A stretch of 64,000 bases of DNA, taken from contig JANPER010000046.1 in assembly GCA_031423015.1 (NCBI GenBank), positions 12,647-76,646 on the forward strand. Direction: 5' to 3'. The DNA is from Planctomycetota bacterium. Its GTDB lineage: Bacteria > Planctomycetota > UBA1135 > UBA2386. Under the pieces are notes generated by a model. It saw only the letters and a program-made list of their open reading frames with translations. It was not told the DNA's origin and did no database searches. This document shows positions 38,138 to 47,953 of the stretch, piece after piece. Both the position numbers and the translations under genes were made by a program. Within the stretch, counting starts at the first letter, position 1. Each line of letters opens with the position of its first letter.

Positions 38138-39269
38138 GGTGTTGGAGGGAGGCGAAAAGGGCGTCGAGTTGGGCGAGGGAGGCGCGGTGGGAGGACTTCA
38201 GGGTCTCGATGGCGGCGATGCGACGGGCGAAGTCTTGTTGGAGCCGCACTGGCGGCAGTGGAATCTGAAAGCGCCGAATCTGCTCAAAGTTCAGTCCGGG
38301 CTTGGTTTGGCCGTACTGAGCTCTCGCGATCTGCCGCTGACCGCCAGCCTCCAGACTCAGAAAGAAAGAGAGGAACTCCGGTTCGATGCACGTTGGATCT
38401 GGTCGCAGGATGGCGACGTGTTGGCTGACATATGCCCCGGCCAGGTCGGCGGGAACCGAGGCCACGCGACCGATCCGCGAACCTGTAATCGTGAGCACTA
38501 CGTCGCCAGCTGCCACTCGCGTGCGACGTGCCTCGGCATTGTCGGGGGGAGTTACGAATGCGATGTCCTCAGACCCGATGTGGTTCATCTGCACATCAAG
38601 AGATCGGATGAACCTGGAACCCTTCGAGACATAGAACTCCGCCCAACCTCGGCCACCGCTCGTGACAAAGGTTAAGCAGTTGCCGAGCGCACCTATGTTC
38701 AGGTTGTTTGAGTTGGTAGCGGGGTCGCCGAACAGGTCGAGGAAGACGGATTGGGTAAGGGTGTCGAGTTGGGCGAGGGCGGCGCGGCGCTTGGCCTGCA
38801 GCGTCTCCGCCCGGTCCAGCACGTCCGCAATCCGCCGCTGCTCCCCCACGGGCGGAAGTGGTATCCCAATCTGGCGAATGGCGTTGACCGACAAGTGCCT
38901 CACTGTGACGTAGGGTGTCACGGCTTCGATGGCTCGCAGCGCCGCGGGCAAGAAATGAAACAAGTAGGCGTCGTCCAAGTTGCAGCTCGACGAAGCAATC
39001 CTGCACACGCGCTGGTTCAACAGTGCTTTGCCGCCCTGCCATCGTGCCCGATTGAACTCTCCGTCCATGCCAATGAGCATATCGCCGTTACGGATGACGA
39101 ACCTGGGATCATAATCACCGCGATAGAGGGTCGAGGAGAATCCTGGAACCACATCTCGGATGCGAACAATCGGAATGTCACCACAGTTTCCAAAACTGGC
39201 CGAGTCGAACGCGAACCCGGAGAGGATATCCACGAACTCGCCGAGCTTTCCTAGCGCCCATCGAGTCAC
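38115..39269 (-). CDS. hsdS: type I restriction-modification specificity subunit
   Basis: 384-aa ORF with two target-recognition domains separated/terminated by conserved helices IPLPPVGEQRRIADVLD...LDTLTQSVF and IPLPPVRLQQDFARRIAAIE...LDALFASLQHRAF. Confidence 0.8.
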   Translation of the reverse strand: MTRWALGKLGEFVDILSGFAFDSASFGNCGDIPIVRIRDVVPGFSSTLYRGDYDPRFVIRNGDMLIGMDGEFNRARWQGGKALLNQRVCRIASSSCNLDDAYLFHFLPAALRAIEAVTPYVTVRHLSVNAIRQIGIPLPPVGEQRRIADVLDRAETLQAKRRAALAQLDTLTQSVFLDLFGDPATNSNNLNIGALGNCLTFVTSGGRGWAEFYVSKGSRFIRSLDVQMNHIGSEDIAFVTPPDNAEARRTRVAAGDVVLTITGSRIGRVASVPADLAGAYVSQHVAILRPDPTCIEPEFLSFFLSLEAGGQRQIARAQYGQTKPGLNFEQIRRFQIPLPPVRLQQDFARRIAAIETLKSSHRASLAQLDALFASLQHRAFRGEL

Positions 39270-40816
39270 TTCAGCATCCCCTCCAACTCCTTCATGCCTC
39301 GCTCAATCTCTCTCTCCAACTTCGCCAGCTCCGCCAGCAGCTCCAACGGCGACCGATGCTCCACCTCCACATGCACGGTTTCCTTGTACCGATTGAGGCT
39401 CAAGTCATGGCCCTGCGCCGCGATGTCCGCCTTGCTCACACAGAAGCTCTGCGCCGTGCGCGGTCGCTCACGCTCGGCACCGGCTCGCTCCTTCCACCGT
39501 ACTAACACATCCGGCAAGTTGTTCTTCGCGTGCTCCGACTCAGTCAACACCACGTGCGGCACCGGCCCGAGCTTGTCGTCGCTCAGCAACGCCGTGCGTT
39601 TGTCGTCCAAGCTCCAACCGTCCGCATCCACGTCGTAGAACCACACGTGATCGGTGCCGCCACTGTTTGTCTTCGTGAACAACAGAATCGCCGTCGACAC
39701 GCCCGCATACGGCTTGAACACGCCGCCGGGCAGCGACACCACGCCATCCAGCTTCTGCTCCTCCACCAGCACACGCCGTAGTTCCTTGTGCGCCTTGCTG
39801 CTGCCGAACAGCACGCCGTCCGGCACGATCACCGCGGCCCGGCCGCCTGGCTTCAGCAGCCGCAGAAACAACGCGAGGAACAGCAGCTCGGTCTTCTTGG
39901 TCTTGACGACCTTGAGCAGGTCTTTGGCGGTGTTGTCGTAGTCGAGGCTGCCGGCGAACGGCGGATTGGCGAGCACCAGCGTGTAGGCCTCCTCGTCCGC
40001 GGCGTGGTCTTGCGCCAGGGAGTCGCGGTAGCGGATATCGGGGTTCTCGACGCCGTGTAACAGCATGTTCATGCTGCCGATGCGCAGCATGGTGTTGTCG
40101 AAGTCGAAGCCGTGGAAGGCGTGCTGGTGGAAGTGCTCCTTCTGCTTCTTGTCGTGCAGGATCGCGGGGTGGTGCTCGCGCAAATACTCCGCCGCCGCCA
40201 CCAGGAACCCACAGGTGCCGCTCGCCGGATCACAGATCAGGTCGCCGGCTTGCGGCGCCGTCATCTCGACCATCAGCTTGATGATGTGCCGCGGCGTGCG
40301 GAACTGACCGTTCTGCCCGGCGGTCGCGATCTTGCCGAGCATGTATTCATAGAGGTCGCCCTTGGTGTCGCGGTCGACCATGGGGACGCCGTCGATCAGG
40401 TCCACCACCTTGGCCAGGAGCGCCGGTGTCGGGATGGTGAAGCGCGCATCCTTCATGTGCGTCGCATAGGTGGAGCCCTCGCCACCCAGGTCGCGCAGGA
40501 AGGGGAACACGTGCTGGTCGACGACCTTGTGCATGTCGGCCGCTGCGAAGTGCTTGAAGCGCGACCAGCGAAAGTCCTCGTAGGCGCGGCCGCCCTTGTC
40601 GCCCCGGCCATCCTTGCCCGGTGGAAACACCCGCCGTTCCATCGGCTGCTTCAGCCGCGCCGCCTTGTTCTCCTCCAGCGTGTGCAGGTCGTCGAGCCGG
40701 CGCAGGAACAGCAGATATGTGATCTGCTCGATGACCTCGATCGGGTTCGAGATGCCGCCCGACCAGAACGCGTTCCAGATCTGGTCGACTTGATTCTTGA
40801 TCTCGCCAGTGAGCAT
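39266..40816 (-). CDS. hsdM: type I restriction-modification N6-adenine DNA methyltransferase subunit
   Basis: internal ATG (MLTGEIKNQVDQIWNAFW) of ORF 39266..40879; HsdM N-domain, SAM motif DPASGTCGFL, catalytic NPPF (LANPPFAG); 4-bp overlap with hsdS. Confidence 0.85.
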   Translation of the reverse strand: MLTGEIKNQVDQIWNAFWSGGISNPIEVIEQITYLLFLRRLDDLHTLEENKAARLKQPMERRVFPPGKDGRGDKGGRAYEDFRWSRFKHFAAADMHKVVDQHVFPFLRDLGGEGSTYATHMKDARFTIPTPALLAKVVDLIDGVPMVDRDTKGDLYEYMLGKIATAGQNGQFRTPRHIIKLMVEMTAPQAGDLICDPASGTCGFLVAAAEYLREHHPAILHDKKQKEHFHQHAFHGFDFDNTMLRIGSMNMLLHGVENPDIRYRDSLAQDHAADEEAYTLVLANPPFAGSLDYDNTAKDLLKVVKTKKTELLFLALFLRLLKPGGRAAVIVPDGVLFGSSKAHKELRRVLVEEQKLDGVVSLPGGVFKPYAGVSTAILLFTKTNSGGTDHVWFYDVDADGWSLDDKRTALLSDDKLGPVPHVVLTESEHAKNNLPDVLVRWKERAGAERERPRTAQSFCVSKADIAAQGHDLSLNRYKETVHVEVEHRSPLELLAELAKLEREIERGMKELEGMLK

Positions 40817-40889
40817 GGGTGCCGGCGGACAGCATGCAGGCGGAGCGGAGGCGACGGAAGCGCAGAAAGTGTCAGGCACTCTCTTGCGA

Positions 40890-43136
40890 TCACGTCATCG
40901 ACGACGGGTCCACGTCGAGCGTCACCCGCAACGTACTCGTGGTGAGTGCTTCGCAGTCGCGCAGCGCGGCCATCGCGCGGGCGAAGCCTTCCTGGGTGAA
41001 CGCCTTCACCAGGAAGTGCACGCGCACGCGGTCCTTGATGCGCTCGATCGGCGCGGGCGCGGGACCTAGCACCGCGAGGTCTTGCGCGTCGGTTACCCGC
41101 GTGCGCAGCGCGGCCGCCGTCTGCCGCACGACGTCGGGCTTGCGCCCTTCGATCAGCACGCGCAGCAGGCGCGCGAACGGCGGGTAGCCGGCTTCTTTGC
41201 GGAACACGAGTTCCTGCTGCACGAAGCTCTCGAAGTCGAGCTTGGCGGCGGCGCGCACGGCGTAGTTGTCGGGACACAGCGTCTGGAAGACCACGGTGCC
41301 CGCTTTCTCGGAGCGCCCCGCGCGCCCCGCCACTTGATACAGCAAGTGAAACGTCCGCTCCGCGGCGCGGAAGTCGGCGTGCATCAAGCCCGTGTCGGCC
41401 GAGATCACGCCCACCAGCGTCACGTCGGGGAAGTCGAGGCCCTTCGCCAGCATCTGCGTGCCGACCAAGATGTCGATGTGGCGCTTGCGGAACGCCTCGA
41501 GCACGCGCTCGTGCGCGCCGCGCTTGCTCATGGTGTCAGCATCCATGCGCTGCACGACGGCGTTGGGAAACAGACTCTTGATCGCTTCCTCGACCCGCTC
41601 GGTGCCGGCGCCGAGGTCGTGCATCGGGCCGTGCTCGCACACCGGACAGCGCGGCGGCACGCGGCACTCGCTGTTGCAGTAGTGGCACACCAACCGATTC
41701 ACGCGCCGATGCAGCGTCATGCTGATGTCACAGTGCGTGCACTTCAACGCCTCGCCGCACTTGCCGCAGATCAACACAGGTGAGTAGCCGCGGCGATTCA
41801 GGAACAGGATCACCTGATCCTTCATCGACAGGCGTTCCTCGATCAGCCCGCGCAGCGTGCGCGACACCATCACGCCCCCGACATAGGAGGTCTTGGGCTC
41901 CTTGCGCAGATCCTCGACCACGATGCGCGGCAGCTTGCCCATGCCCGCGCGCTCGGGCAGCTCGATCAACCGATACACGCCACGCCGCGCGCGGCCATAG
42001 CTCTCGAGGCTCGGGGTCGCTGAGCCGAGCACCACGACGGCCTTCTCGATCTCGCCGCGCGCCACCGCCATCTCGCGCGCGTGGTAGCGCGGCGTGTTCT
42101 CCTGCTTGAACGACGTCTCGTGCTCCTCGTCGACCACGATCAAGCCGAGATTTTGCACCGGCGCGAACAGGGCAGAGCGCGCGCCGATGGCGATGTTGGC
42201 GTGCCCATCCATCAGGCGGCGCCACTGCTCACCTCGTTCGGCCGCGGTGAGGCCCGAGTGCAAGACGGCCACGTCCGGAAAGCGCGACGCAAAGCGGCCG
42301 ACGGTCTGTGGCGTGAGCGAGATCTCCGGCACGAGCACGATGGCGCTCTTCTTGGCCGCGCGCACTTCTTCGAGGATACGCAGATACACCTCGGTCTTGC
42401 CGCTGCCCGTGACGCCGTGCAGCAGGAACACCGCGTGCTCGCCAACCTGCACGCACTTGGTCGCCGCGTCGACGGCCGCCTGTTGACGCGGGTTCAGGTC
42501 GTGCCGGTGCGCGGTGAACTGACTGGGCACGAACGCGTTGTGCTCTTCCTCCAAGAACTCGCGCTTCAACACGCCTTGCTTCACCAGCGTCTGCCACGGG
42601 CTCGGCGATGTCTTGGTGCGCCGCTGCACGTCGATCACCTGCATGGGCGCGCCGAACTCCAGCACGGTGCGCAAGACCCGCGCGCGCGCGCCCTGTTTCT
42701 CTTCGAGCTGGCGCACCAACTCGGTGGCTTGCGGCCGATCGATCGCGACGTCGAGGTGAGCGACCTTTCGGGCACTGCGCCGCTTGACCGCCGCGGGCAA
42801 CGTGGCGTCGAGCGCTTCACCGAGCGAACAGCCGTACTCCTTGGCGATGCGCCGCGCCAACGCCAGCACGCTGTCGGGCAGCAACAGCTCGGCGTCCAAT
42901 ACGTCGTTGACCGCCCGCACGCGTGCCTTGGGTACATCGCCAGGGTCAGCGGCGATGGCCACGACGACGCCCGACAAGACCTTGTTGCGGAACGGCACGA
43001 GCACGCGATTGCCGACGCGCAGCCGCATGCCCGGCGGCACCGAGTAGGTGAACTCAGTATCGAGGGGCAGCTTGAGCGCGACGCGCGCGTACTTCGCGCC
43101 GGGCAGCGGCGCTGACATTGGATCGAAGAGACTCAC
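40890..43136 (-). CDS. priA: primosomal protein N' (replication-restart helicase)
   Basis: 748-aa ORF; Walker A LLHGVTGSGKTEVY, DEEHE box (VVDEEHETSF), Cys-rich zinc-binding region CGKCGEALKCTHCD...CHYCNSECRVPPRCPVC. Confidence 0.85.
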   Translation of the reverse strand: MSLFDPMSAPLPGAKYARVALKLPLDTEFTYSVPPGMRLRVGNRVLVPFRNKVLSGVVVAIAADPGDVPKARVRAVNDVLDAELLLPDSVLALARRIAKEYGCSLGEALDATLPAAVKRRSARKVAHLDVAIDRPQATELVRQLEEKQGARARVLRTVLEFGAPMQVIDVQRRTKTSPSPWQTLVKQGVLKREFLEEEHNAFVPSQFTAHRHDLNPRQQAAVDAATKCVQVGEHAVFLLHGVTGSGKTEVYLRILEEVRAAKKSAIVLVPEISLTPQTVGRFASRFPDVAVLHSGLTAAERGEQWRRLMDGHANIAIGARSALFAPVQNLGLIVVDEEHETSFKQENTPRYHAREMAVARGEIEKAVVVLGSATPSLESYGRARRGVYRLIELPERAGMGKLPRIVVEDLRKEPKTSYVGGVMVSRTLRGLIEERLSMKDQVILFLNRRGYSPVLICGKCGEALKCTHCDISMTLHRRVNRLVCHYCNSECRVPPRCPVCEHGPMHDLGAGTERVEEAIKSLFPNAVVQRMDADTMSKRGAHERVLEAFRKRHIDILVGTQMLAKGLDFPDVTLVGVISADTGLMHADFRAAERTFHLLYQVAGRAGRSEKAGTVVFQTLCPDNYAVRAAAKLDFESFVQQELVFRKEAGYPPFARLLRVLIEGRKPDVVRQTAAALRTRVTDAQDLAVLGPAPAPIERIKDRVRVHFLVKAFTQEGFARAMAALRDCEALTTSTLRVTLDVDPSSMT

Positions 43137-43204
43137 ACCACCTGGTGTCTTGGGTGGCGCGAAAGGTTACGCCTCGAGTCAACAAATCCGAATCGCGAGC
43201 GCGA

Positions 43205-43636
43205 CTACAGCAGAAAGCGGCCGCGCACGGCCGGCGTTGGCACGCCGCAACGATCCGCCGTTCCAAACCACTTCAGCCGCCGCCGCGCCACGAAGTCGTA
43301 GGCACAGTTGCGCAGCGGCCGCGGCACGATCCGACCCACCGCGCCAAACACGCGCCACACTCCGCCGAGGTGCCGCAACAGGCGCAAGACCGCGTCGCTG
43401 CGCAGGTGCAGGCCGTCGGCGTCGTGCAAGACCACGGTCAGAAGGTCGCCCGGCTTGTGCTCTGCCGCCAGCCGTGCGTACGTTTCGCCCTGCAGCGGCG
43501 CATAGCGCAGCACACCCCGGCGGTCGCGCGCCAGACTCCACTGCACGGCACGCGCGCACAGACCGCACTCACCGTCGTAGAACAGGATCGGCCCGTCGTG
43601 CGTACTGGTTGTCGTGCTGGACGTCGTACTAGTCAT
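43205..43636 (-). CDS. DCC-family thiol-disulfide oxidoreductase (DUF393)
   Basis: ILFYDGECGLCARAVQW motif. Confidence 0.6.
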   Translation of the reverse strand: MTSTTSSTTTSTHDGPILFYDGECGLCARAVQWSLARDRRGVLRYAPLQGETYARLAAEHKPGDLLTVVLHDADGLHLRSDAVLRLLRHLGGVWRVFGAVGRIVPRPLRNCAYDFVARRRLKWFGTADRCGVPTPAVRGRFLL

Positions 43637-43676
43637 TGTCGGAACGCGTATCGGCCGTATCGTGCGGCAAGCGAAG

Positions 43677-43913
43677 ATGCCGCTCTACCTATATCGCTGC
43701 ACCAAGTGCAGCCACCGTTTCGAACAGCTCGTGCATACCACCAACGGCGCGGTCACCACGGCGGTGCAATGCCCGAGTTGCGGCAGCGACCAGCAGGAGC
43801 GCCAGCTCACCAGTTTCAACGTCGGTGGCAGGGCGAACACAAGCGCCACTGCCAACGAGAGCGAGCCGTTCTGCGGCCGCTGCGGCGAAAACCGACCGCC
43901 GTGCAGCCCGTAG
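43677..43913 (+). CDS. FmdB-family zinc-ribbon protein
   Basis: internal ATG of ORF 43614..43913; MPLYLYRCTKCSHRFEQLV ... CPSCGS ... CGRCG. Confidence 0.55.
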   Translation: MPLYLYRCTKCSHRFEQLVHTTNGAVTTAVQCPSCGSDQQERQLTSFNVGGRANTSATANESEPFCGRCGENRPPCSP

Positions 43914-43979
43914 AACGCGGCGCCACTCCTCGAGCGTTGACCGCCTCCAGCAGCTGAACCGTATAGTGCGCGGCCCCTC

Positions 43980-45005
43980 GTGCTCCGCGACACCTTCCAC
44001 CGCCCGCTCGCCAACCTGCGCGTGTCGGTCACCGACCGCTGCAACCTGCGCTGCGCCTACTGCATGCCCGAGGAGGAATACGTCTGGCTGCCGCGGACCG
44101 ACATCCTCGACTTCGAGGAGACGAGCCGCTTGGTCGACGTGTTCGCAAAGCTCGGCGTCGAGGAAGTGCGGGTCACCGGCGGTGAACCCCTCGTGCGGCA
44201 CGACCTCGACGTGCTCGTGCGCATGCTGGCCAGCAAGCCGGCGCTGCGCGACCTGGCGTTGACCACCAACGGCGTGCTGCTCGATCGGCACGCCGCGACG
44301 CTGAAGGCCGCTGGCCTCTCCCGCGTCACCATCAGCCTCGACACGCTGCGGCCCGAGCGCTTCTTGGCGTTGACGCGGCGCGACGATCACGCGCGCGTCC
44401 TCGCCGGCATCGACGCTGCGCTCGTCGCTGGCTTCGAGCGCGTGAAGCTCAACACCGTCGTGCTGCGCGGCACCAACGACGACGAGATCGGCGACTTGCT
44501 GGCGTTTGGCCGCGAGCGCAATATCGAGGTGCGCTTCATCGAGTACATGGACGTCGGCGGGGCGACGCGTTGGTCGCGCGCCGACGTGGTGTCGGCGCGC
44601 GAGATCCTGGCCTCGATCGCCGCGCGCTTCGGCGCCGTGCAGCCGGTCGACGAGGCGCGCGGCACGGCGCCGGCGGAACGCTTCGCGCTCGCCGACGGCA
44701 CGCGCTTTGGCGTGATCGCGAGCACGACGCAGCCGTTCTGCGGCACCTGCGATCGCGCCCGGCTGACCGCCGACGGCACGTTCTTCACCTGTCTCTACGC
44801 GCGCAACGGGCTCGACCTGCGCGCGCCGCTGCGCGCCGGCGCCAGCGACGAGGAGTTGCGCGAACTGATCGCGCAGACGTGGAGGCTCCGCGCCGACCGC
44901 GGCGCCGAGCAGCGACTGGGCCTGGCTGCGGCAAGGCAGCCGCTCGCCGACGTCACCGAACTGCGCGCCGAGCCGCACCTCGAGATGCACACGCGCGGCG
45001 GCTAA
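43980..45005 (+). CDS. moaA: GTP 3',8-cyclase (molybdenum cofactor biosynthesis protein A)
   Basis: radical-SAM CNLRCAYC, VRVTGGEPL, C-terminal CGTCDRARLTADGTFFTCL cluster. Confidence 0.85.
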   Translation: MLRDTFHRPLANLRVSVTDRCNLRCAYCMPEEEYVWLPRTDILDFEETSRLVDVFAKLGVEEVRVTGGEPLVRHDLDVLVRMLASKPALRDLALTTNGVLLDRHAATLKAAGLSRVTISLDTLRPERFLALTRRDDHARVLAGIDAALVAGFERVKLNTVVLRGTNDDEIGDLLAFGRERNIEVRFIEYMDVGGATRWSRADVVSAREILASIAARFGAVQPVDEARGTAPAERFALADGTRFGVIASTTQPFCGTCDRARLTADGTFFTCLYARNGLDLRAPLRAGASDEELRELIAQTWRLRADRGAEQRLGLAAARQPLADVTELRAEPHLEMHTRGG

Positions 45006-46294
45006 GCGATTGGCGTCGTCGCGGCCGGCGTGCTGCGTCGGCGAAAGGCGGCGGCCAGCCAGTAGCAGACGATCACCCAGCCCACGGCCAACGGCAGCGC
45101 GACCGCCGCCGCCTGCGTTGGCGAGGCGTCGGTGAGGACGGCGAGGGACCACAGCACCACGACGTCGGCGGCGCGGTTCACCACGGTGTCGATGAACGCC
45201 TTGGCCTCGTACTTTTCCTGACGTGGCACCACGGTGAAGAGCACCTCGCGCGCCGGCTTGGCGAAGCCGAATTCGACGCCACGCCGCACCACCTGAACCA
45301 CCGCGAGCACCGCCAACGTCGGCGACCAGGCGAGCGCGGCCACCGCGCCGAGGCTCACCACGGGAAGCAACGCCATCACCGGGCCGAGGCCGACGCGGCG
45401 CATCGCGTGCGCGACGACGAACACTTCGAGCAGGAGCGTCAGCAGGTTGGCGCCGAGGTCGACGTTCGCGAAGAACGTGGTGCGCTCTTCTTCGCCGCCG
45501 AGCAGCGCGCGCGCCATCCGTCCCTGCGTGTAGTACAGGTAGGTGGAGGTCAGGATGTCGAAGAGCATCACCAGCGCCAGCGCACCGAGGTAGCGGGAGC
45601 GCGCCACCTGCCGGGCACCCCGAAACGCGTCGGCGAACGACGACACCCGCGCCGCGGCGCGCGGCTCTACGTGCGCGAGGCCGTGCACAGCCACCAGGCG
45701 GTGCACGCAGACGACGGCGAACTCGATGCCGAGCGCCGCCACGAGCAAGACGATCTCGACGCCGACTTGGCCCATGACGCTAGTGAGCGCCGAGCCGACG
45801 ACGGCGCCGAGCGTGCCGCCCGCAGCGATGAAGCCAAACAGACGTTGGCCCTGCGCTGGCGTGTGCACGTCCGCCATGAACGCCCAGAACACCGCGGTGA
45901 GGCCAAACAGGTTGTAGACGCTCAGCCAGACGAAGAAGACGTAGCCCGCTCCCACGCGCGCGTTGCCTGCCGGCAGCAGCCACAGCAGCGCCGCGAACAC
46001 GACGCAACACACGGCGGCCAGGTGATAGACGACGGGCAGCAGCCGTGCGCGCGGCAAGCGACCCACGAGCCAGGTGTAGGCTGGCATGGCGACCAGCGTG
46101 GCGGCGAGCGTGCCGAGGAACAGCCACTTCAACGTCTCCGGCCCGCGCTCGACGCCGAGCGCGTCGCGCACTGGGCGCAGCATGTAGTAGCTCGCCAGCA
46201 AGAAGAAGAAGTAGGTCGCCGCGAGCAACAGGCTCTTGGATTCGCCCGGCTCGACGTTCACCAGTCGCCGCAGGAGAGTGCCAGGAGCTTGCAT
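45002..46294 (-). CDS. TLC-type (ATP/ADP-translocase-like) nucleotide-transporter-family membrane protein
   Basis: start at internal ATG 46294 (MQAPGTLLRRL...); ESKSLLLAATYFFFLLASYYMLRPVRDALGV parallels the TLC N-terminal signature ([28 protein letters not shown]) recalled from memory; ~12 TM segments; the first 250 codons of the track ORF are Arg/Ser-rich out-of-frame noise. Confidence 0.55.
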   Translation of the reverse strand: MQAPGTLLRRLVNVEPGESKSLLLAATYFFFLLASYYMLRPVRDALGVERGPETLKWLFLGTLAATLVAMPAYTWLVGRLPRARLLPVVYHLAAVCCVVFAALLWLLPAGNARVGAGYVFFVWLSVYNLFGLTAVFWAFMADVHTPAQGQRLFGFIAAGGTLGAVVGSALTSVMGQVGVEIVLLVAALGIEFAVVCVHRLVAVHGLAHVEPRAAARVSSFADAFRGARQVARSRYLGALALVMLFDILTSTYLYYTQGRMARALLGGEEERTTFFANVDLGANLLTLLLEVFVVAHAMRRVGLGPVMALLPVVSLGAVAALAWSPTLAVLAVVQVVRRGVEFGFAKPAREVLFTVVPRQEKYEAKAFIDTVVNRAADVVVLWSLAVLTDASPTQAAAVALPLAVGWVIVCYWLAAAFRRRSTPAATTPIA

Positions 46295-46298
46295 GCGG

Positions 46299-47927
46299 TC
46301 AGCGGCCCCGCAGGAGCGCGAGGTTGTGGCGCGCGGCTGCGAAGTTCGGTTCGAGTTCGAGCGCTCGGAGGAGGTGCCGCTCCGCGTCCGCGCGCAGGCC
46401 GAGCGACGCGAGACACGCGGCCAGTCCGACGTGCGCGGGCGCGTGCACCTCGTGCGCGCGAAGGATGGTCTCGAACATGGCGCCAGGTCGGCGCCAGTCG
46501 GGTTGTGCGGACTCAGCCTCGGCGAAGAAGGCGCACCACGCGAGGCCAGCTTCGATATCGGCCTGCAGACGTACGCGGCCGTCTTCGCCGCCAAAGCGAC
46601 GCTCGACGACGCGCTCTGCCGCGTGCGCGAGCCAGAACTTTGCCGCCTTGACGCCCGGCGGCTGCGCTTCGAGTTCGATCTGTCCGAGCATGTAGAGCAC
46701 GCGCGCATCGGCCTTGGCGAGATCCGTCGCGCCGAGCTGCGCGTGCGCAAACGTGATCGGACTCGCCCAAGACCCAGCGGCGACGAACGCCCGTCCGGCG
46801 TAGAACGCCGCCAGAAGCAGCAGCGCCGCCAGGCCGGCGCGACGCCAGCGCAGGAGCGACGCGAGCGCGAGCGCGAGGCCAAACACCGGCACGTAGAGGT
46901 AGCGATCGGCGATCGGATACTCGCCGGCTTTCGACGGGGCGGACACCACCAGGAAGATCGGCAACAGAATGGCGACGCCGCCGAACGCCACGCGCCAGGC
47001 TCCGCGTTGGCGAGCCAGGACCACCACCGAGATCGTGGCAAGGGTCAGGCCGACGAAGGCATAGTGGAAGACGCTGAACTCGACCGGCGTCAGCCGCATC
47101 GCTTTCGGTTCCAGCGGCCACAAGAGGACGGCGAGCAAGCGCCCCGCGAGCGTGAATGCCAGGCGTCCGGCGTCGCGCGCCGCCACGCTGAGAATCGGCC
47201 CACGGTTGAATCCGGCGTGCCAGTCGCCGAACACCAGCACGCGCGCTGCAAGCCACGGCAGCAGCACCAAGAGAAACGCCAGGTAGCTCGACCATCGTGG
47301 CGAGGTCTGGCGCGGCGACGTCTGGCGTGGCGACGGCACCCACCGATCGATCGCGAACAGAAGGCCCGGGATGACGAGAGCCGTCTCCTTGGCCATCAAC
47401 CCGAGCGCGAACCAGGCGAGCACGCGCCACGACACGCCCGCGCGGCCACGACCGCGTTCCTCCAGATGGCGGTTCAACGCCAGCAGGACGCACAGTCCGC
47501 ACAGCACGTCGTTCAAGGCGGCACACCAGGCCACGCTCTCGGCCTGCGCCGGATGCACGCCGAACAGCAGCGCCACGCAGAACGCCGCGACGGAGTTGCT
47601 AGTGAGCCTATTCGCCAAGCGATGTGCGACGAGGACCGCCAGCAGGTGGGCGGCAAGCGCCAGCGCATGCACGAAGGTGGCGCCACCGAGCGCGTGCCCG
47701 ACCGCGAGCAACACTTGCGTGAGCGGCCGCCAGTGCGGAAAGGCCGGCCCCCACAACGGCTGCACCACCGCTTGCCACCACTCGCCCCCGGCGATCACCG
47801 GGTTGCCCGCGATCAGGGTAAGGTCGTCATAGACGTAGGCACCGAACAGCGCGCGACCGAAGGTCGCGGACACCAGCGCCACGAGCAGCAAGTGCGGGAG
47901 ATGGCGCGCCAAGGCGGGCGATGCTAC
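46299..47927 (-). CDS. polytopic membrane protein (PMT/TMTC-like glycosyltransferase fold suspected) with C-terminal TPR repeats
   Basis: ORF 46299..48242, real start probably near 47927 (VASPALARHLPHLLLVAL); many TM helices, early-loop YVYDD motif, C-terminal TPR-like helices (ACLASLGLRADAERHLLRALELEPNFAAARHNLAL). Confidence 0.45.
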   Translation of the reverse strand, partial: VASPALARHLPHLLLVALVSATFGRALFGAYVYDDLTLIAGNPVIAGGEWWQAVVQPLWGPAFPHWRPLTQVLLAVGHALGGATFVHALALAAHLLAVLVAHRLANRLTSNSVAAFCVALLFGVHPAQAESVAWCAALNDVLCGLCVLLALNRHLEERGRGRAGVSWRVLAWFALGLMAKETALVIPGLLFAIDRWVPSPRQTSPRQTSPRWSSYLAFLLVLLPWLAARVLVFGDWHAGFNRGPILSVAARDAGRLAFTLAGRLLAVLLWPLEPKAMRLTPVEFSVFHYAFVGLTLATISVVVLARQRGAWRVAFGGVAILLPIFLVVSAPSKAGEYPIADRYLYVPVFGLALALASLLRWRRAGLAALLLLAAFYAGRAFVAAGSWASPITFAHAQLGATDLAKADARVLYMLGQIELEAQPPGVKAAKFWLAHAAERVVERRFGGEDGRVRLQADIEAGLAWCAFFAEAESAQPDWRRPGAMFETILRAHEVHAPAHVGLAACLASLGLRADAERHLLRALELEPNFAAARHNLALLRGR

Positions 47928-47953
47928 GCCGCGGCACCGGGCCTTGGCACGCC

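Noticed and set aside
46295-47041. First 250 codons of track ORF 45002..47041 (MPRSRWWSW...)
   Set aside because: Arg/Ser-rich, no TM character. It is antisense to the TPR/membrane gene 46299..47927. The transporter sequence with the TLC signature starts at ATG 46294.
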